Source: Heterodontus francisci
Lineage: Eukaryota
Length of the DNA: 64,000 nt
Assembly: GCF_036365525.1 (NCBI RefSeq)
Contig: NW_027142006.1
Location: 3,472,001-3,536,000, forward strand
Direction of reading: 5' to 3'
The translations under genes were made by a program, and so were the position numbers. The notes below the pieces were generated by a model. It made no database searches. It was not told where the DNA came from and saw only the letters and a list, made by a program, of their open reading frames with translations. This document shows positions 1-13,699 of the stretch, piece after piece (the stretch's first letter is position 1; each line of letters starts with the position of its first letter).

Positions 1-545
1 GTATATGTATGCAGTATTTCATCTGTATCTGACAGGCTCTGGTACTGTGTGTGTAGGATACAGGCTGTACCTGTCAATCTCTGTTAGTGTATTTGAGCAT
101 AGTATTTAGTCCGTATCTGTCTGTCTCTGGACCTGTGGATAGTATTGGAGATAATTTTGAATGTGTCAGTGGTACTGTGTGTAGGTATAGGATTCATTTT
201 GTATCTGGTAGTGCATGTGAGTGTGGAATTGATTTTGTTTCTCTCAGTCTCTGGTACAGTTTGTGAGTTTGGAACTCATTCTGAATTGGTCATTGACACT
301 GTATGTGTGCTGACAATTGGTTTTGTATCTGTCTATCTCGAATACTGTATCTGAGTGTGGAAATCATTCTGTATCTCTTATGCTTGGATAATGGATGTGT
401 GTAGGATTCAGGCTGTACCTGTCAATCTCTGATGATATGTGTGCATGCAAGATTCATTCTGTATCGTTGTGTCTCTGGTACACTGTATGGGTGTGGGATT
501 CATTATGTCTCTGGGACATTTTGTGTGTCTGGATTCATTCTACTG
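1..545 (-). repeat. Degenerate ~46-bp satellite array
   Basis: Recurrent motif gtgtgggattcattctgtatctgtcagtctctggtactgt, the reverse complement of the unit at 14805-15510. Confidence 0.75.
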
Positions 546-760
546 ACAGGGGCCATTTGTCCCAATTGCTTGATGGTTCTCCCTCCACCCATTCTACATC
601 AATTCTCACTATCTGCATCTCCCTGAAATCCTTTCTACCTCAGACACTTATCGAGCTTTTCCTTAAACCCCTCTCTGCACTTCGCCATAACTGCTCTAGG
701 TGATAGCAGCTTCCAAATGTTAAACGTTCTCAGGGAAAATACGTTCTCCTGTTTATTTTT

Positions 761-1118
761 GATTTAGTTTTTAGTTTTAGTTTAGTTTTAGAGATACAGC
801 ACTGAAACAGGCCCTTCGGCCCACCGAGACTGTGCCGACCATCAACCACCCATTTATACTAATCCTACACTAATCCCATATTCCTACCACATCTCCACCT
901 GTCCCTATATTTCCCTACCACCTACCTATACTAGGGGCAATTTATAATGGCCAATTTACCTACCAACCTGCAAGTCTTTTGGCAGGAAACCGGAGCACCC
1001 GGAGAAAACCCACGCAGACACAGGGAGAACTTGCAAACTCCACACAGGCAGTACCCAGAATTGAACCCGGGTCGCTGGAGCTGTGAGGCTGCGGTGCTCA
1101 CCACTGCGCCACTGTGCC
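761..1118 (-). mobile_element. tRNA-derived V-domain SINE (HE1-like)
   Basis: Minus strand: head ggcacagtggcgcagtggtgagc (A box), gggttcaattc (B box), V-domain core gtttgcaagttctccctgtgtctgcgtgggtttt, CR1-like tail ggccgaagggcctgtttcagtgctgtatctc plus (ctaaa)n. Seven similar copies in the window. Confidence 0.9.
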
Positions 1119-1399
1119 GCTCTAATGACTGTTTTATATTTTTGGCCCCTCACTTTGGAAACCTCCACAAGTGGAAACATCTCCATGTCTACCCTATCAA
1201 TCCACTTCCTAATTCCTCATATTGCCCTGTTTCTGCAACACTGACAGATCCTATGAATTTCTGCCACTCTGTTGCAGTTCTCACTCCCTGCCACTAGATA
1301 TCACCACACTGCGGTGCAACGAAGTTTGCAGATCAAAGAAAAACGCAACAGACAAGAATTGTTCATATTCTGGTGGACGGGTAGGTTTACAAACACTAG

Positions 1400-2047
1400 G
1401 GGCTGGTTTTTGTTCTCATCCTGATGGCGGATTTTGAGGTGGGGGGGGTGAGGAGGCGAAGAATCAGGGCAGAATTACCCACCACCATGGAACCCGACGT
1501 CGGGAATCCTGGTTCAGATTCTCCTGGAGGCGGAATCGTCTGACAACAACCTTCCTACTCAATGGCCTCCCTGCCGGATGGCGGGGATGGTCCCTCCTTC
1601 GTGGATAATCTGTGGCCGACAGAGGAGCCCCACTGGGAACAACTGTATCCCCAGGGACAACACACCCCCAAACCAAACGCCCACCCCACCCCTCGCTGGG
1701 GCCTTCCGGACTGGCCCCAGCAAACCCGCCTCACTGCCACTTTGCCAAGATCCAGTGCTGGGCCTGGGTCTGAGGCCTCTGCAGTACTGGCAATGGCCAC
1801 TACTCCCAGTGGAGCTGCCGATACTGCTGAACTGCCAGCCCTGTAAACGACCGGCAGCTCTTGGGGATGGGATCCCGGTTCCTATTAAAGTTTTTAATAG
1901 GACACGGATCCCGGCTCCTTAAACTTTGACAACAAAAGATTCAGAATCGCTCGAGGGGCAGGGGTGCTGAAAAAATGCAGAGGCAGGTCTCCCCCCACCT
2001 TTTAGGCCTGGCACCAGGAGCCCCGCCTCCTGCAAAAAATCCAGCCG
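1400..2047. mobile_element. Non-autonomous DNA transposon (MITE, Harbinger-like)
   Basis: Imperfect terminal inverted repeats gggctggtttttg ... caaaaaatccagcc and a GC-rich interior. Same TIR type as 12658-13470. TSD unclear. Confidence 0.55.
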
Positions 2048-2419
2048 AGGTATGAAAATATCTGTGATTACCTTTTGTTATACAAACAATAGCTGTAATG
2101 TTGTGCTAAATCCATCAGCCTGTTGTCCTGTAAGTGAGAGTGAGATTCATTATTACCTGCCAGTCTCCAGTATAGTTTGTGAATGTAGGATTCATTTTGT
2201 CTCTGTTACTCATTGTTACTGTGTGAGATACATTCTGAACCTGTCAGTCTCTGGTATTGAATATGAGTGTAGGATACATTCTGTCAGTGGTCTGTATGTG
2301 ATTGTTGGATTCATTTGGTATTTTTTCAGCCACTAGTATTGTATATAAATGTGGGATTCATTCTATATCCGTCAGTCTCTGGTAGTGTGTGTGTGTGTGT
2401 GTGTGTCTCAATGTCAGCT

Positions 2420-2905
2420 GCTCTCTGTCAGTGTCTGGTACTCCATGTGAGTGTCTGCTGCTCTATGTGAGTGTCTGATGCTCTATGTCAGTGTCTGGTA
2501 CTCTATGTGAGTGTCTGCTGCTCTATGTGAGTGTCTGCTGCTCTTTGTGAGTGTCTGGTGCTCTATGTCAGTGTCTGGTACTATATGTGAGTGTCTGCTG
2601 CTCTATGTGAGTGTCTGGTGCTCTATGCATGTGTCTTGTACTCTATGTGAGTGTCTGCTGCTCGATGTGAGTGTCTGGTACTCTATGTGAGTGTCTTGTA
2701 CTCTATGTGAGTGTCTGCTGTTCTATGTGAGTGTCTGGTGCTCTATGCATGTGTCTTGTACTCTATCTGAGTGTCTGGTGCTCTATGCATGTGTCTGGTA
2801 CTCTATGTGAGTGTCTGCTGCTCTACGTGAGTGTCCGGTACTCTACGTGAGTGTCCGGTACTCTACGTGAGTGTCTGGAACTCTACGTGAGTGTCTGGTA
2901 CTCTT
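2420..2905. repeat. 20-bp minisatellite (ctctatgtgagtgtctg[c/g]t[g/a])n, ~24 copies
   Basis: Direct tandem repeat with a visible 20-bp period, preceded by a (TG)n run at ~2385-2406 and flanked by degenerate 46-bp satellite. Confidence 0.95.
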
Positions 2906-3529
2906 TCTGAATCGGTCAGTAGTACTATTAGCATGTGAGAGATTGAGTATCACTAAGGCTCAGGTACTGTGAGTGAGTATAATAGTCAGTCTGTATCTTT
3001 CAGCATCTAATACTGGACATGTATTTCAGAATCACTATCTGTCAGTCTTTGCTACTTCATGTTAATGTGGGATTCATTATGTAACCTTCAGTCTCTGGGA
3101 CTGTTTGCAAGTCTGGATTCATTCTACATACAAATTTCAGCACAACAACAGGCCATTGATGGAGTAGGTTTTAAGCAGACAAAGTGTGTAAGATTTTGCC
3201 TACTATTAAATATCTGTCACTGTGAACACAACAGTGAAAGATAATGTATCCTTCAATCTGATACAGGATTGGTGTGCAAGTGTAACTCAGGCTGTACTAA
3301 TCAATTTGATCAGTGCCATTCAGTCTGACTCTGAGTGAGAATCTTGGACTTGCCTGTAATGTAGAGCTGAGTCTGCACGAATGGAACTGCTACAGTATCT
3401 TCCAGTCTCATACTGTATGAAGGCTGGAATGTGATCCAAAGCACAGTCAATACAAATTGAATTGCTATTTTATCTTTTAGTTTCACAGTCCGGGGGAGTT
3501 TTAAAGTGGAAACTGAGTTTGTATCTCAG

Positions 3530-5860
3530 GTTATAGAGTCATAGGGTTATGCAGCACAGAAACAGGCCCTTCAGCCCATCGTGTTTGTGCTGGCCATCAA
3601 GCACCTATCTATTCTAATCCCATTTTCCAGCACTTGGTCCATAGCCTTGTATGCTATGGCATTTCAAGTGCTCATCTAAAGACTTCTTAAACGTTGTGAG
3701 GGTTCCTGCTTCTACCACCCCTTCAGGCAGTGTGTTCCTGATTCCAACCACCATCTGGGTGAAAAATGTTTTCCTCAAATTCCCTCTAAACCTCCTTCCC
3801 CTTACCTTAAATCTATGGCCCCTGGTTATTGACCCCTCTGCTAAGGAAAAAGGTTTCTTCCTATCTAACCTATCAATGCCCCTCATAATTTTGTATACCT
3901 CAATCAGGTCCCCCCTCAGCCTTCATGCTCTAAAGAAAACAATCCTAGCCTATCCGGTTTCTCTTCACAGCTGAAATGCTCCAGCCCAGGCAACATCCTG
4001 GTGAATCTCCTTTGCACCCTCTCCAGTGCAATCACATCCTACCTGCAGTGTGGTGCCCAGAACTGTACACAGTACTCCAGCTGTGGCCTAACTAACATTT
4101 TATACAGCTCCAACATAACCTCCCTGCTCTTACATTCTATGCCTTGGCTATTAAAGGCAAGTGTCCCATATGCCTTCCTAATCACCTTATCTAACTGTGC
4201 TCCTGCCTTCAGTGATCTATGGACAAGTACACCAAGGTCCCTCTGGCCCTCTGTACTTCCTAGGGTCCTACCATCCATTGAATATTCCCTTGCTTTGTTA
4301 GTCCTCCCAAAATGCATCATCTTGCACTTCTCAGGATTAACTTCCATTTGCCACTGCTCTGCCCATCTATATCGTCCTGTAATTGAAGTATTTCCTCCTC
4401 ACTATTTACGACCCCCACCAATTTTAGTGTCATCTGCGAACTTACTGATCATACCTCCTATATTCATGTCTAAGTCGTTAATGTACACTACAAACAGCAA
4501 GGATCCCAGCACCGATCCCTGTGATACACCACTGGTCACAGGCTTCCACTCGCAAAAACAACCCTTGACCATCACCCTCTGCCTCCTGCCAATTTTGGAT
4601 CCAATTTGCCAAATTGCCCTGGATCCCATGGGCTCTTACCTTCTTAACCAATCTCCCATGCGGGACTTTATCAAAAGCCTTACTGAAGTCCATGTAGACT
4701 ACATCAACTGCTTTACCCTCATCTACACATCTAGTCACCTCCTCGAAAAATTCAATCAAGTTAGTTAGACATAATCTCCCCCTGACAAAGCCATGCTGAC
4801 TATCCCTGATTAATCCCTGCCTCTCCAAGTGGAGATTAATCCTGTCCCTCAGAATTTTTCCCAATAGTTTCACTACCACTGATGTTAGACTCACCAGCCT
4901 GTAATTACCTGGTTTATCCCTGCTACAATTCTTGAATAAAGGTACCACAGTAACTTTCCTCCAGTCCTCTGGTACCGCTCCTGTGGCCAGAGAGGATTTG
5001 AAAATTTGTGTCAGAGCCCCTGCTATCTCCTCCCCTGCCTCACATAACATCTCATCTGGCCCTGTGGATTTATCCACTTTTAAGCCCGCTAAAACAGCTA
5101 ATACTTCTTCCCTTTCAGTGCTAATTTGTTGAAGTTTATCACAATCCCCCTCCCTGATCTCTATACCTACATCGTCCTTCTCCATAGTGAACACAGATGA
5201 AAAGTAATCATTTAAAACCTCACTTATGTCCTCCGGCTCCACATGCAGATTGCCACTTTGGTCCCTAATGGTCCCTACTCTTTCCCTAGTTACCCTCTTG
5301 CGGCACAGTGGCGCAGTAGTTAGCACTGCAGCCTCACAGCTTCAGTCAACCTGTGTTCAGTTCTGGTTACTGCCTGTGCAGAGTTTGCAAGTTCTCCCTG
5401 TGTCTGTGTGGGTTTCTGCTGGATGCTCCGGTTTCCTCCCAGCTCCAAAGACTTGCAGGTTGATAGGTAAATTGGTCATTGTAAATTGCCCCTAGTGTAG
5501 GTAAGTGGTAGGAGAATGGTGGGGATGTGGTAGAGAATATGGGGTTAATGTAGGATTAGTACAAATGGGTGCTTGTTGATCGGCGCAGACTCGGTGGGCT
5601 GAAGGGCCTGTTTCAGTGCTGTATCTCTAAATAAAATTTAAAAAATAAATAATATACTTATAAAATGCCTTGGGATTTTCCTTTATCTTGCCCGCCAGTG
5701 TTTTCTCATCACCCCACTTTGCTCTCCTAATTACTTTTTTAAAGTACTGCCCTACACTTTCCATACTCCTCTCGTGCCTCCACTGTTTTCAGCACTCTGA
5801 ATCTGCCATAAGCCTCCTTTTTTTTCCTTATCCAATCCTCTATATCACTTGACATCCAGG
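3530..5860 (-). mobile_element. CR1-clade LINE, 5'-truncated and frameshifted (RT region and 3' end)
   Basis: Minus-strand ORF pieces 4478-5326, 4402-4629, 4039-4347 and 3614-3886 carry CR1 RT motifs (VYMDFSKAFDKVPH, QGSVLG, KFADDTK, RPQLEYCVQFW). Interrupted by a SINE at 5302. Confidence 0.92.
5302..5650 (+). mobile_element. V-domain tRNA-SINE nested in CR1
   Basis: Same head, V-domain and tail as 761-1118, with a (taaa)n tail. Confidence 0.88.
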
Positions 5861-6559
5861 AAAGACATTCTATTTTACGGAATCTCTCAATCTGATTCTG
5901 CACCTGAAATTTGGACTAGTATCTAATGTATATGTCAGCATACACTATGGGAATTAATACTGCAACTTATAAACCCATAATGTGTTAATATTGGGCGGGT
6001 ATTAACTTGAATCTCAGAGTACATTATTGAGGCTAATTCTGTAACTTTGAAACGGGAACCATGTACCCAGTTCTATGTGTATTTAATTTGTAGCTGAGGT
6101 TGCAGTGTTGTGGGATTGACACACTGATAATTTGATAGTGGGTGTGAATTTGGACTGGGATGTATGTATCTACCTGTCAGTGGTACTGAGTTGGGGTGAC
6201 ATGGAAACAACGTCTGTCTCTCCTGTTCTGTTTGATTGATACATTGAAAATGTGTCTCTGGAACTATTTCTGCTGTCTGAGACTGTGGAACTGATGATCT
6301 GTCTGTCTCTCTGCGCTCTGTGAGCGATAATGTACGTACTGTGTGTGAGAAGGAGCTGGTGACACTCTTCCTTGTAACTTGGGTGGAGGAAAAATGACAT
6401 TTACTCTGGTTTCTTCAATTATTTGCCTGTTGGAACAAAAGTATGTTTTTTAATTCAAATCAAGGTGAAATAGGAGATAGAGTTTTAATTAATTTAATCC
6501 CTCAAATAATAATCATTATGGATACCCGCAAAGGAACCCCAGCCACACAAATATTGTCA

Positions 6560-6930
6560 GTGTTTCACTCCACTACAATAACAGTTTCTTCCCATTCTGT
6601 CTCCCTCCCCTTGTCCACACACAGCCCGAGAATAGTCTCTCCCTTCCCCCACTCACTCCATGTTCCGGGACCAGTTCTCGCTCCACTCCGTCTCTTACAA
6701 ACAGCCCCCACCTCCCCCTGAACTTGCCCCGGACTCGATGCTGATCTCTGAGTCCATCTGCGGACACGCTCCCAAAGCGATGTGCTGCTGGAAGGAGGCT
6801 GCTGTTTGCTGCCTTCCCCCGGTACCGGGATCTCTTCATTGGCGGCTGTTTTAAAGCATCTTCTTCCGCTCACAGGCAGTGCTGGGGGAGGGGAGTGCAG
6901 GCGCAGATTTCTGCAACAATTCCGCTAACA
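6560..6930. promoter_or_regulatory. Possible CpG-rich promoter or first-exon region
   Basis: Locally GC/CpG-enriched sequence not repeated elsewhere in the window, with cggaag (ETS-like) and tgcgcctgca (NRF1-like) words on the minus strand. No downstream exons recognised. Confidence 0.25.
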
Positions 6931-7437
6931 GAAACATGGAAAATTTCCGACACAGAATGAGGCCATTCGGCCCATCGTGACCGTGCCAGCGCAAAGAGCG
7001 ATCCAGCCTGATCCCACAGTTTATTGTTATTGGACAGTGAAGTGTGGAAACAGAAGCGGACAGTCAGGATGTGGGGATTTACACAAAGAGAATCTATTAT
7101 AGGCACCAGGTGAGAAGTGTGAAGGACACATTTTAAACAGCGGCTGTTTGGTTTCGCTTCGACCATAGGAGCGAGAACTGGAAATCTGACCTGTGTAAAA
7201 GTCCCTGTTCCGTCGGTCAGTCCCATTCATGGCCCAGTGGATTGTTTCTGGATGTCATTTAATTGTTGTAAAATGGCCAAAGCCTCTGGTATGCAGTAGC
7301 TGGGGGCTGCAGGACTGCAGTGGAATCAGACACTGACTCTGTTTGTGTTGCTGGGTTTCCTTTGTGATTGTTCACAATGATTATTAATTGAAACATTGTT
7401 TTGGTCACATTTGTATCTTCTACCACACATCTTCCTG

Positions 7438-7610
7438 ATTTTTTTTATTCGTTCATGTGACGTGGGCATCGCTGGCTAGGCCAACATTTATTGCCCATCC
7501 CTAATTGTCCTTGAGAAGGTGGTGGTGAGCTGCCTTCTTGAACAGCTGCAGTCCATGTGGGTTAGGTACACCAACAGTGCTCTTAGAAAGCGAGTTCCAG
7601 GATTTTGATT
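7438..7610 (-). mobile_element. 3' tail fragment of a CR1/L2-type LINE
   Basis: Reverse complement ends caattagggatgggcaataaatgttggcc plus an A-rich tail, the same end as the LINE at 31346-32390. Confidence 0.7.
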
Positions 7611-7945
7611 GGGGAGGCAGTGATGCAGTGGTATTGTCACTGGGCGAGTACCTCAGAAACCCAGGGCCTTGTTCTGGGGACATGGGTTCAAATTCCACCA
7701 TGGCAAAATGTTGAATTTATTTAATAAATCTGGAATTAAATGAAGCTCGTTTTATGATGGCCATGAAACCATTGTTGGTTGTTGTAAAAACCCATCTGGT
7801 TCACTATTTTCCTTCTGGGAAGGAAATCTGCTCTCCTTACTTGGTCCGGCCTACATGTGACTCCAGACCCACAGCAATAAATTTGACTCTTAAATGCCCT
7901 GTGAAATGGCCTAGCAAGCCTCTCAGTTGTATCTAACTGCAACAA
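7611..7945 (+). mobile_element. Deu-domain-like tRNA SINE (SacSINE1-like)
   Basis: B box gggttcaaattcc and core gtaaaaacccatctggttcact...ggaaggaaatctgc...ggcctacatgtgactccagacccacagcaat. Related copies at 13700, 36640 and 57711. Confidence 0.7.
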
Positions 7946-8320
7946 AGTCAACTATAAATACCTTTTCTTCCTACAGGCAAATACTTGAAGGAAGTGGAAT
8001 AAATGTAGTGATTCCTCGACTCAAGGGGAAGTGCAGCCAATCCACACATAGTAAGTACAGTATCACTCTCAGAGAGAAGAGACATCAGTTCCACCAACAA
8101 CAGAAGTAGTCAGACTGGCACTGATCTCAAGTTCCAGAGACATTCATTCAATCCAACAGTCACACAGAGCAGGAAAGACTGAAGTTGTTTCCATTTCGCC
8201 CCAACTCAGTCCCACTGACAGGTAGATACATCAATCCCAGTCCAAAATCACACCCACTATCAGATTGCAAGGCACTGTGTCACTCTCATAAGAGTGCAAC
8301 CTCAACTACAAATTCAATGT

Positions 8321-8672
8321 CAGTGGTGCAGTGGTTAGCACCGCAGCCTCACAGCTCCAGCGACCCGGGTTCGATTCTTGGTACTGCCTGTGTGGAGTTT
8401 GCAAGTTCTCCCTGTGTCTGCGTGGGTTTCCTCTGGGTGCTCCGGTTTCCTCCCACCTCCAAAAGACTTGCAGGTTGATAGGCAAATTGGCCATTGTAAA
8501 TTGCCCCTAGTGTAGGTAGGTGGTAGGTATGTGGTAGGAGAATAGTGGGGATGTGGTAGAGAATATGGGGTTAGTGTAGGGTTAGTATAAATGGGTGGTT
8601 GTTGGTCGGCACAGACTCGGTGGGCCGAAGGGCCTGTTTCAGTGCTGTATCTCTAAATAAAAATAAAAAAAT
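8321..8672 (+). mobile_element. V-domain tRNA-SINE
   Basis: Same family as 761-1118. Confidence 0.88.
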
Positions 8673-9059
8673 AACAAAGATAGAACAGACAATCAGTACC
8701 TGATTGCAAGGTACAGAATTAATCTCAATAATGTACCCAGACTGCAGACTGAGCTACTTGTTACACACCACTCCACAAAACTGACAAAGGGTCAGACTGG
8801 AAGACGCAATATTAATTCCATTGTTACGAGTTGAATGAAGCTGACCTCACATACCAGGCCATCAATCAGATTGTAAAATATATTGCCATTCTCAAATTGT
8901 GTTCACAGTGATACTGATTGAATACTAGACCAAAACTCTCTCACAATATCTGATTAAAACCAACAGCTATTAACTTCAGTTGATCCACCTTTCAATTAGA
9001 TACAAGTCAGAATACATTTATGGAACATTAAGGTGTGAAACATATCCTTTCCAACACCA

Positions 9060-11130
9060 TACCTGACCGATACAGAATGCATCCCAAACTCACATGGAAC
9101 ACCAGATACTGAGAGCAACTGAATGAATCCCACATTCATATACAGCACTCCAAACAGAGAGCTACACAACAAATCCTACATGTTAACAGATTAACAGATA
9201 CAGAATAAATCCCACACTGATACATAATGCTAGTGAGTGGCAACTATAAAATAAATCCTGTGCTCACATACAGTACCAGAGGTTGACAGATGCAGAATGA
9301 ATCCCGCACTCATACACAGTGCCATGGACTGACAGGTACAGAATGAATCCCACAAGCATGTATTGTACAACTGACTGATCGATGCAGAATAAGTCTCAAA
9401 CAGTTCCAGAGATGGAGAGCTACCGAATGAATCCCACACTCATACATTGGTGAGTGTTACAGAGGAGTCACTATTACATGACCAGAAACAAAGACTGATG
9501 GAGACAGAATGAGTTGCACACTTATGCACAGAATCAGGGACTAAGATTTACAGAATGTAATCATACAGAATACCAGAGTCTCACACAGACAAAATGAATC
9601 CCACACTCATATATCATCCCTCAAACTGACAGATACAGAATTAATCCCACTCTCACATACAGCACCAATGTTATCCAAGTATAGAATGAGTCTAAATGAA
9701 TACAAGAGATGGAGTGATTGTGAGTGTGGGACTTATTCTCATTCAGCCCTCGGCACTGAGAGATGCAGAATAATTTCAGTTGCTTACCATACCTGAGAAT
9801 GGCAGACAGAGGATGTATCCCACAGGGTGGCACAGTGGTGCAGCGGTTAGTACCGCAGCTTCACAGCTCCAGCGACCTGGGTTCCATTCTGGGTACTGCC
9901 TGTGCGGAATTTGCAAGTTCTCCCTGTGACTGTGGGTTTCCGCCGGGTGCTCTAGTTTCTTCCCACAGCCAACGACTTACAGGTTGATAGGTAAATTGGC
10001 CATTGTAACTTGCCCCTCGTGTAGGTAGGTAGGTGGTAGGAGAATTGAGGGAAGGTGGAGATGTGGGAGGGAATATGGGATTAATGTTGGATTAGTAGAA
10101 ATGGGTGGCTGATGGTTGGCACAGACTCAGTGGGCTGAAGGGCCTGTTTCAGTGCTGTATCTCTCTATAACTCTCACACAGTACCAGAGATTGACAGATA
10201 CAAGCTGAATTTTACACTTCCATTCAACTCCAGGTGTTAACAGGTATGGAATTAATATCATATTCACACACAGTACCAGGCACTGGCACGAATGAGTGAG
10301 ACCTGCATTCAGATGCAATACCAGAGAGTAACTGACATTCAGTAATTACCAGTGACATTTAGTTTCAGTTATTGACTGAAACAGAATTAATCCTATTTAG
10401 TTTCAGTGAGTGATGGATAAGGAAGGATATCAACATCTTTATAGAGTGCCCAAGGCAGATGGATGAAGAAAGAAACTTATACTCACATAGAGTATCAGAG
10501 ACTGTCATATTTTTATTAATCCATCATGGACACACAGGAACAGAGCCTGGCATACAGATGCGCACACTCAGACATAATACCAAAGATTCAAAGATATAGA
10601 AAAAATACCACATTCACTGACAGTGTTAGAGACTGACAAACACACTCACATACTGTTCCAGAAATTGACAGCTGCAGAATGAATCCCATACTCACATACA
10701 GTGCCAGAGATTGACAGATGGAGAATGAAGTCCACACTCAGACACTACCACAACCTCACAAACACTGAATTAATCCCATACTCAGACACAATGTATCAGA
10801 AAAACAGAGACTGAATAAATTCCACACTCACACACAGAATGAGAGACCACAGTTACAGAAAGAAAACTCCTCCCCCCCACCAAACACACCAAGTATCAGA
10901 CACAGAATGAATCCCAGACTCATGTATAACAGCTCTGACAGATACAAAGTGTTTTCCACACTCACACATGCATTACCAGAAAATGACAAATACAGTGTTA
11001 ATCCCACACTCACACACTGCACCAGTGAATGACAGATAGGTAATGAATTTCACTGACGGTCAGTACCAGAGACTGACAGATTTAAAAAATGACTTTCACT
11101 TTCACAGGCAAGACAACAAGCTGACAGATT
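9060..11130 (+). repeat. Degenerate ~46-bp satellite array
   Basis: Recurrent cagtaccagagactgacagatacagaatgaatcccacactcaca variants, interrupted by a SINE. Confidence 0.8.
9829..10165 (+). mobile_element. V-domain tRNA-SINE
   Basis: Same family as 761-1118. Confidence 0.88.
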
Positions 11131-12657
11131 TATGACAACATCAAAACCAATGATTGCTTAAATAAAATGCATTAATAGCTCATCTCCACTCCTAGTATTT
11201 CTAAATCCCACACATTCACTATAATGTGAACAATTATTTCCTGTTGTGTCCCTCGCAGATTTGTAAACTTCACTGTATTGGAGTGAGGTGACATCTACTG
11301 GCTGGAAGCAAGAATTTCAATAGAGTGGCAGAAACTCCCAAAGTCTGTCAGGGTTAAAGAAACCTTGCAATATGAGGAAATAGTGAAGGGGGTTTGATAG
11401 GGTAGATGGAGACATGTTTCCACTTGTGGGAAAAAAGGGCGAGAAATTTAAAATTTAAAAGAAATGAGGAATTAATGAAAAATGTGTTTATGTAGTGAGT
11501 GCTTAGAATCTGGAACATGCTACCACAGGGAGAGGTTGAGGCGAATAGTATCGGTCGGTGCACTGAAGGGGACGCTGAACAGATGTATGGGGTGAAAGGA
11601 ATAGAGGACTATACATATAGGGCTTTATTTTTCTGTTATTCATTTATATGAAGCAGGATGGCTGGAAATATGTGTAGAGCATAGAGCAGTTGGGATGATC
11701 CCAATGCAGTGTTTTGTCAGGATGGATCTGCCCAGAACACTTGTGATGCAGGAGCTGGGAGCTTCAGTACTTCAGTGGAGGCTGATACTGACACTGGTTT
11801 TCAATTGTGTGTGTTCTTAATGAATATTAATTGAGAAATTAAATTGATCACTTTGATATTTTGCACCTCACCTGTTCTTGAGTTATAAGATATATTTTTC
11901 TTCCAACAGGCAAATATTTGAAGGTATTGTGATGAATGTGATGGTTGCTGCACTCGAGGCACAAGGAACAGTGCAGCCAGCTCCTCTCACACACAGTAGG
12001 TACATTATCACTCAGAGGACAGAGGGATAGACAGTTCATCAGTTCCCCAGTCTCAGACTGCAGAAGTAGTCAGGCTCACATTGATCCCGAGTTCCAGAGT
12101 CATATTTTCAATCCAACAATCAAACAAAGCGGGAGAGAAATAAATTGTTTGTGTTTCACCCCAACTCAGTACCACTAACAGGTCGATACATCAATCCCAG
12201 GTCATAATCACACCCACTGGCAGATTGAAATGCAATGTGTCAATCTAAATATAATGCAGACTTAGCTATCAATTAAATATCAGATAGAACTGGCACACAG
12301 TATTGGCTGAATGGCACAGAATCTGACCTAATGATGTACCCTGAGTTTTTAATTAAATACCATACCCAAAGCTCACGCCTATTGATTATAAAAGATGATT
12401 AACCATCCCAATAGTGTATCCTGAGATACAAGTTACATACAAGTTCAACATTCATTACAGTAAAATATTTAAAAGGGCTGAAAAATCGCGTAACCTGAGA
12501 CACAAATTAGATACCAGTTCAAAACTCACCCACACCATGAAAAATTACTAAATATTACATACCATTCTAAAAACACATACAATATCAAACTGAAATACAG
12601 TATCAGTTCCATTAGTACAGATTGAGCTAAACATTGCCAGTCCAAAAATCACACACA

Positions 12658-13470
12658 GGGCTGAATTTTATAAGCCTGCTGCCGAAATCGACGGCCGGTG
12701 AAAACAATGGTGGTCCGCTCGTGCGGGCCACACGTCGTGGAGTCACCGCGATCCTAAGCGTGGTGGCTCATTTAAATAGCCGGGGTGGGCCACCTCCCGC
12801 CGATCACATGTAGGGGGCGAGCTGACCATCCCTGGCAATGGCGTCAGCCGCCTGTGCGCAGGCGCTGATACCATTTTTAAAGGGCTTTGAGCCCTATCTT
12901 TAAATTTAAATATTTAAACCGCAAGGACATGAAAATAAACAAAGACATTTCTTCTGTCTCTCTCCCACCCCCAGTATCAATTAAATTAATGACTTGCCCT
13001 CTCTCCCCAAAAACACTTACCTTGTCCACCTGACCTTCCGTGCCCCCCCACCCAAAGTGCATAAACTTTAACCTCAAACCCTTCCCACCATCCCCTACAC
13101 CAATATGTTACTTTGACCATGTTCCCCCTCCCTCCTGCACTAAGAAACTTACCTCCTTCCCCCTGCCCATGAGTGTGTGCCTCCTTTCCCGGGACAGGGA
13201 TCCGAAGGCCAGCCACCAGACTGACGATGGGAGCAGTAACTCAGGTGGGGACGTAAATATAATTAGTGCATTCATTTACATATATTTGAATATGCAAATG
13301 GAGGTCTGGTCGCTGAGCGGCGGGAAATGGGGTGCTGCCATGAGGCCTCGCTGCCACCGGCAATATCGGCGGGCTGGACCCTCCCAGCCTCTCCCGGAGG
13401 CATTTTCTGCTGCCCCCCCCTCCCCCATCATGAAAGGCAATGACGGGTGGGGGTCTGTAAAATCCAGCCC
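12658..13470. mobile_element. Non-autonomous PIF/Harbinger-like MITE (813 bp)
   Basis: TIRs gggctgaattttata / tgtaaaatccagccc with a 3-bp target duplication aca on both sides. No transposase ORF. Confidence 0.75.
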
Positions 13471-13699
13471 ACAGTATCCGATTGTGCAATGCTTGTAAAT
13501 TGTAAACTGTGGTGTAAATTAGATGTCAGTACAGAACTCACCCAAACTGAAGAATTGAAAAATACAGGAGACTGAATTACACATTATTTACCAGCCATAA
13601 AAACATATACAGTATCAGAATGAAATAGAGTATCAATTTCATTTGTGTAGACTGAGCTCCACATTACAAACCAGTAAAAAATCTAATCTAACAGAGGTA

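Noticed and set aside
1040-1118. tRNA genes at A/B-box sequences
   Set aside because: They are SINE heads joined to a V-domain and LINE tail, with no complete cloverleaf.
947-1297. Recurrent small ORFs such as MANLPTNLQV... and ...LAPQPHSSSDPG
   Set aside because: Translations of the repeated SINE, not genes.
4001-4768. 255-aa plus-strand ORF
   Set aside because: Antisense to the CR1 reverse transcriptase.
6565-6873. ORF starting 'MSGRR', histone-like
   Set aside because: The start codon is GTG and the rest has no histone similarity.
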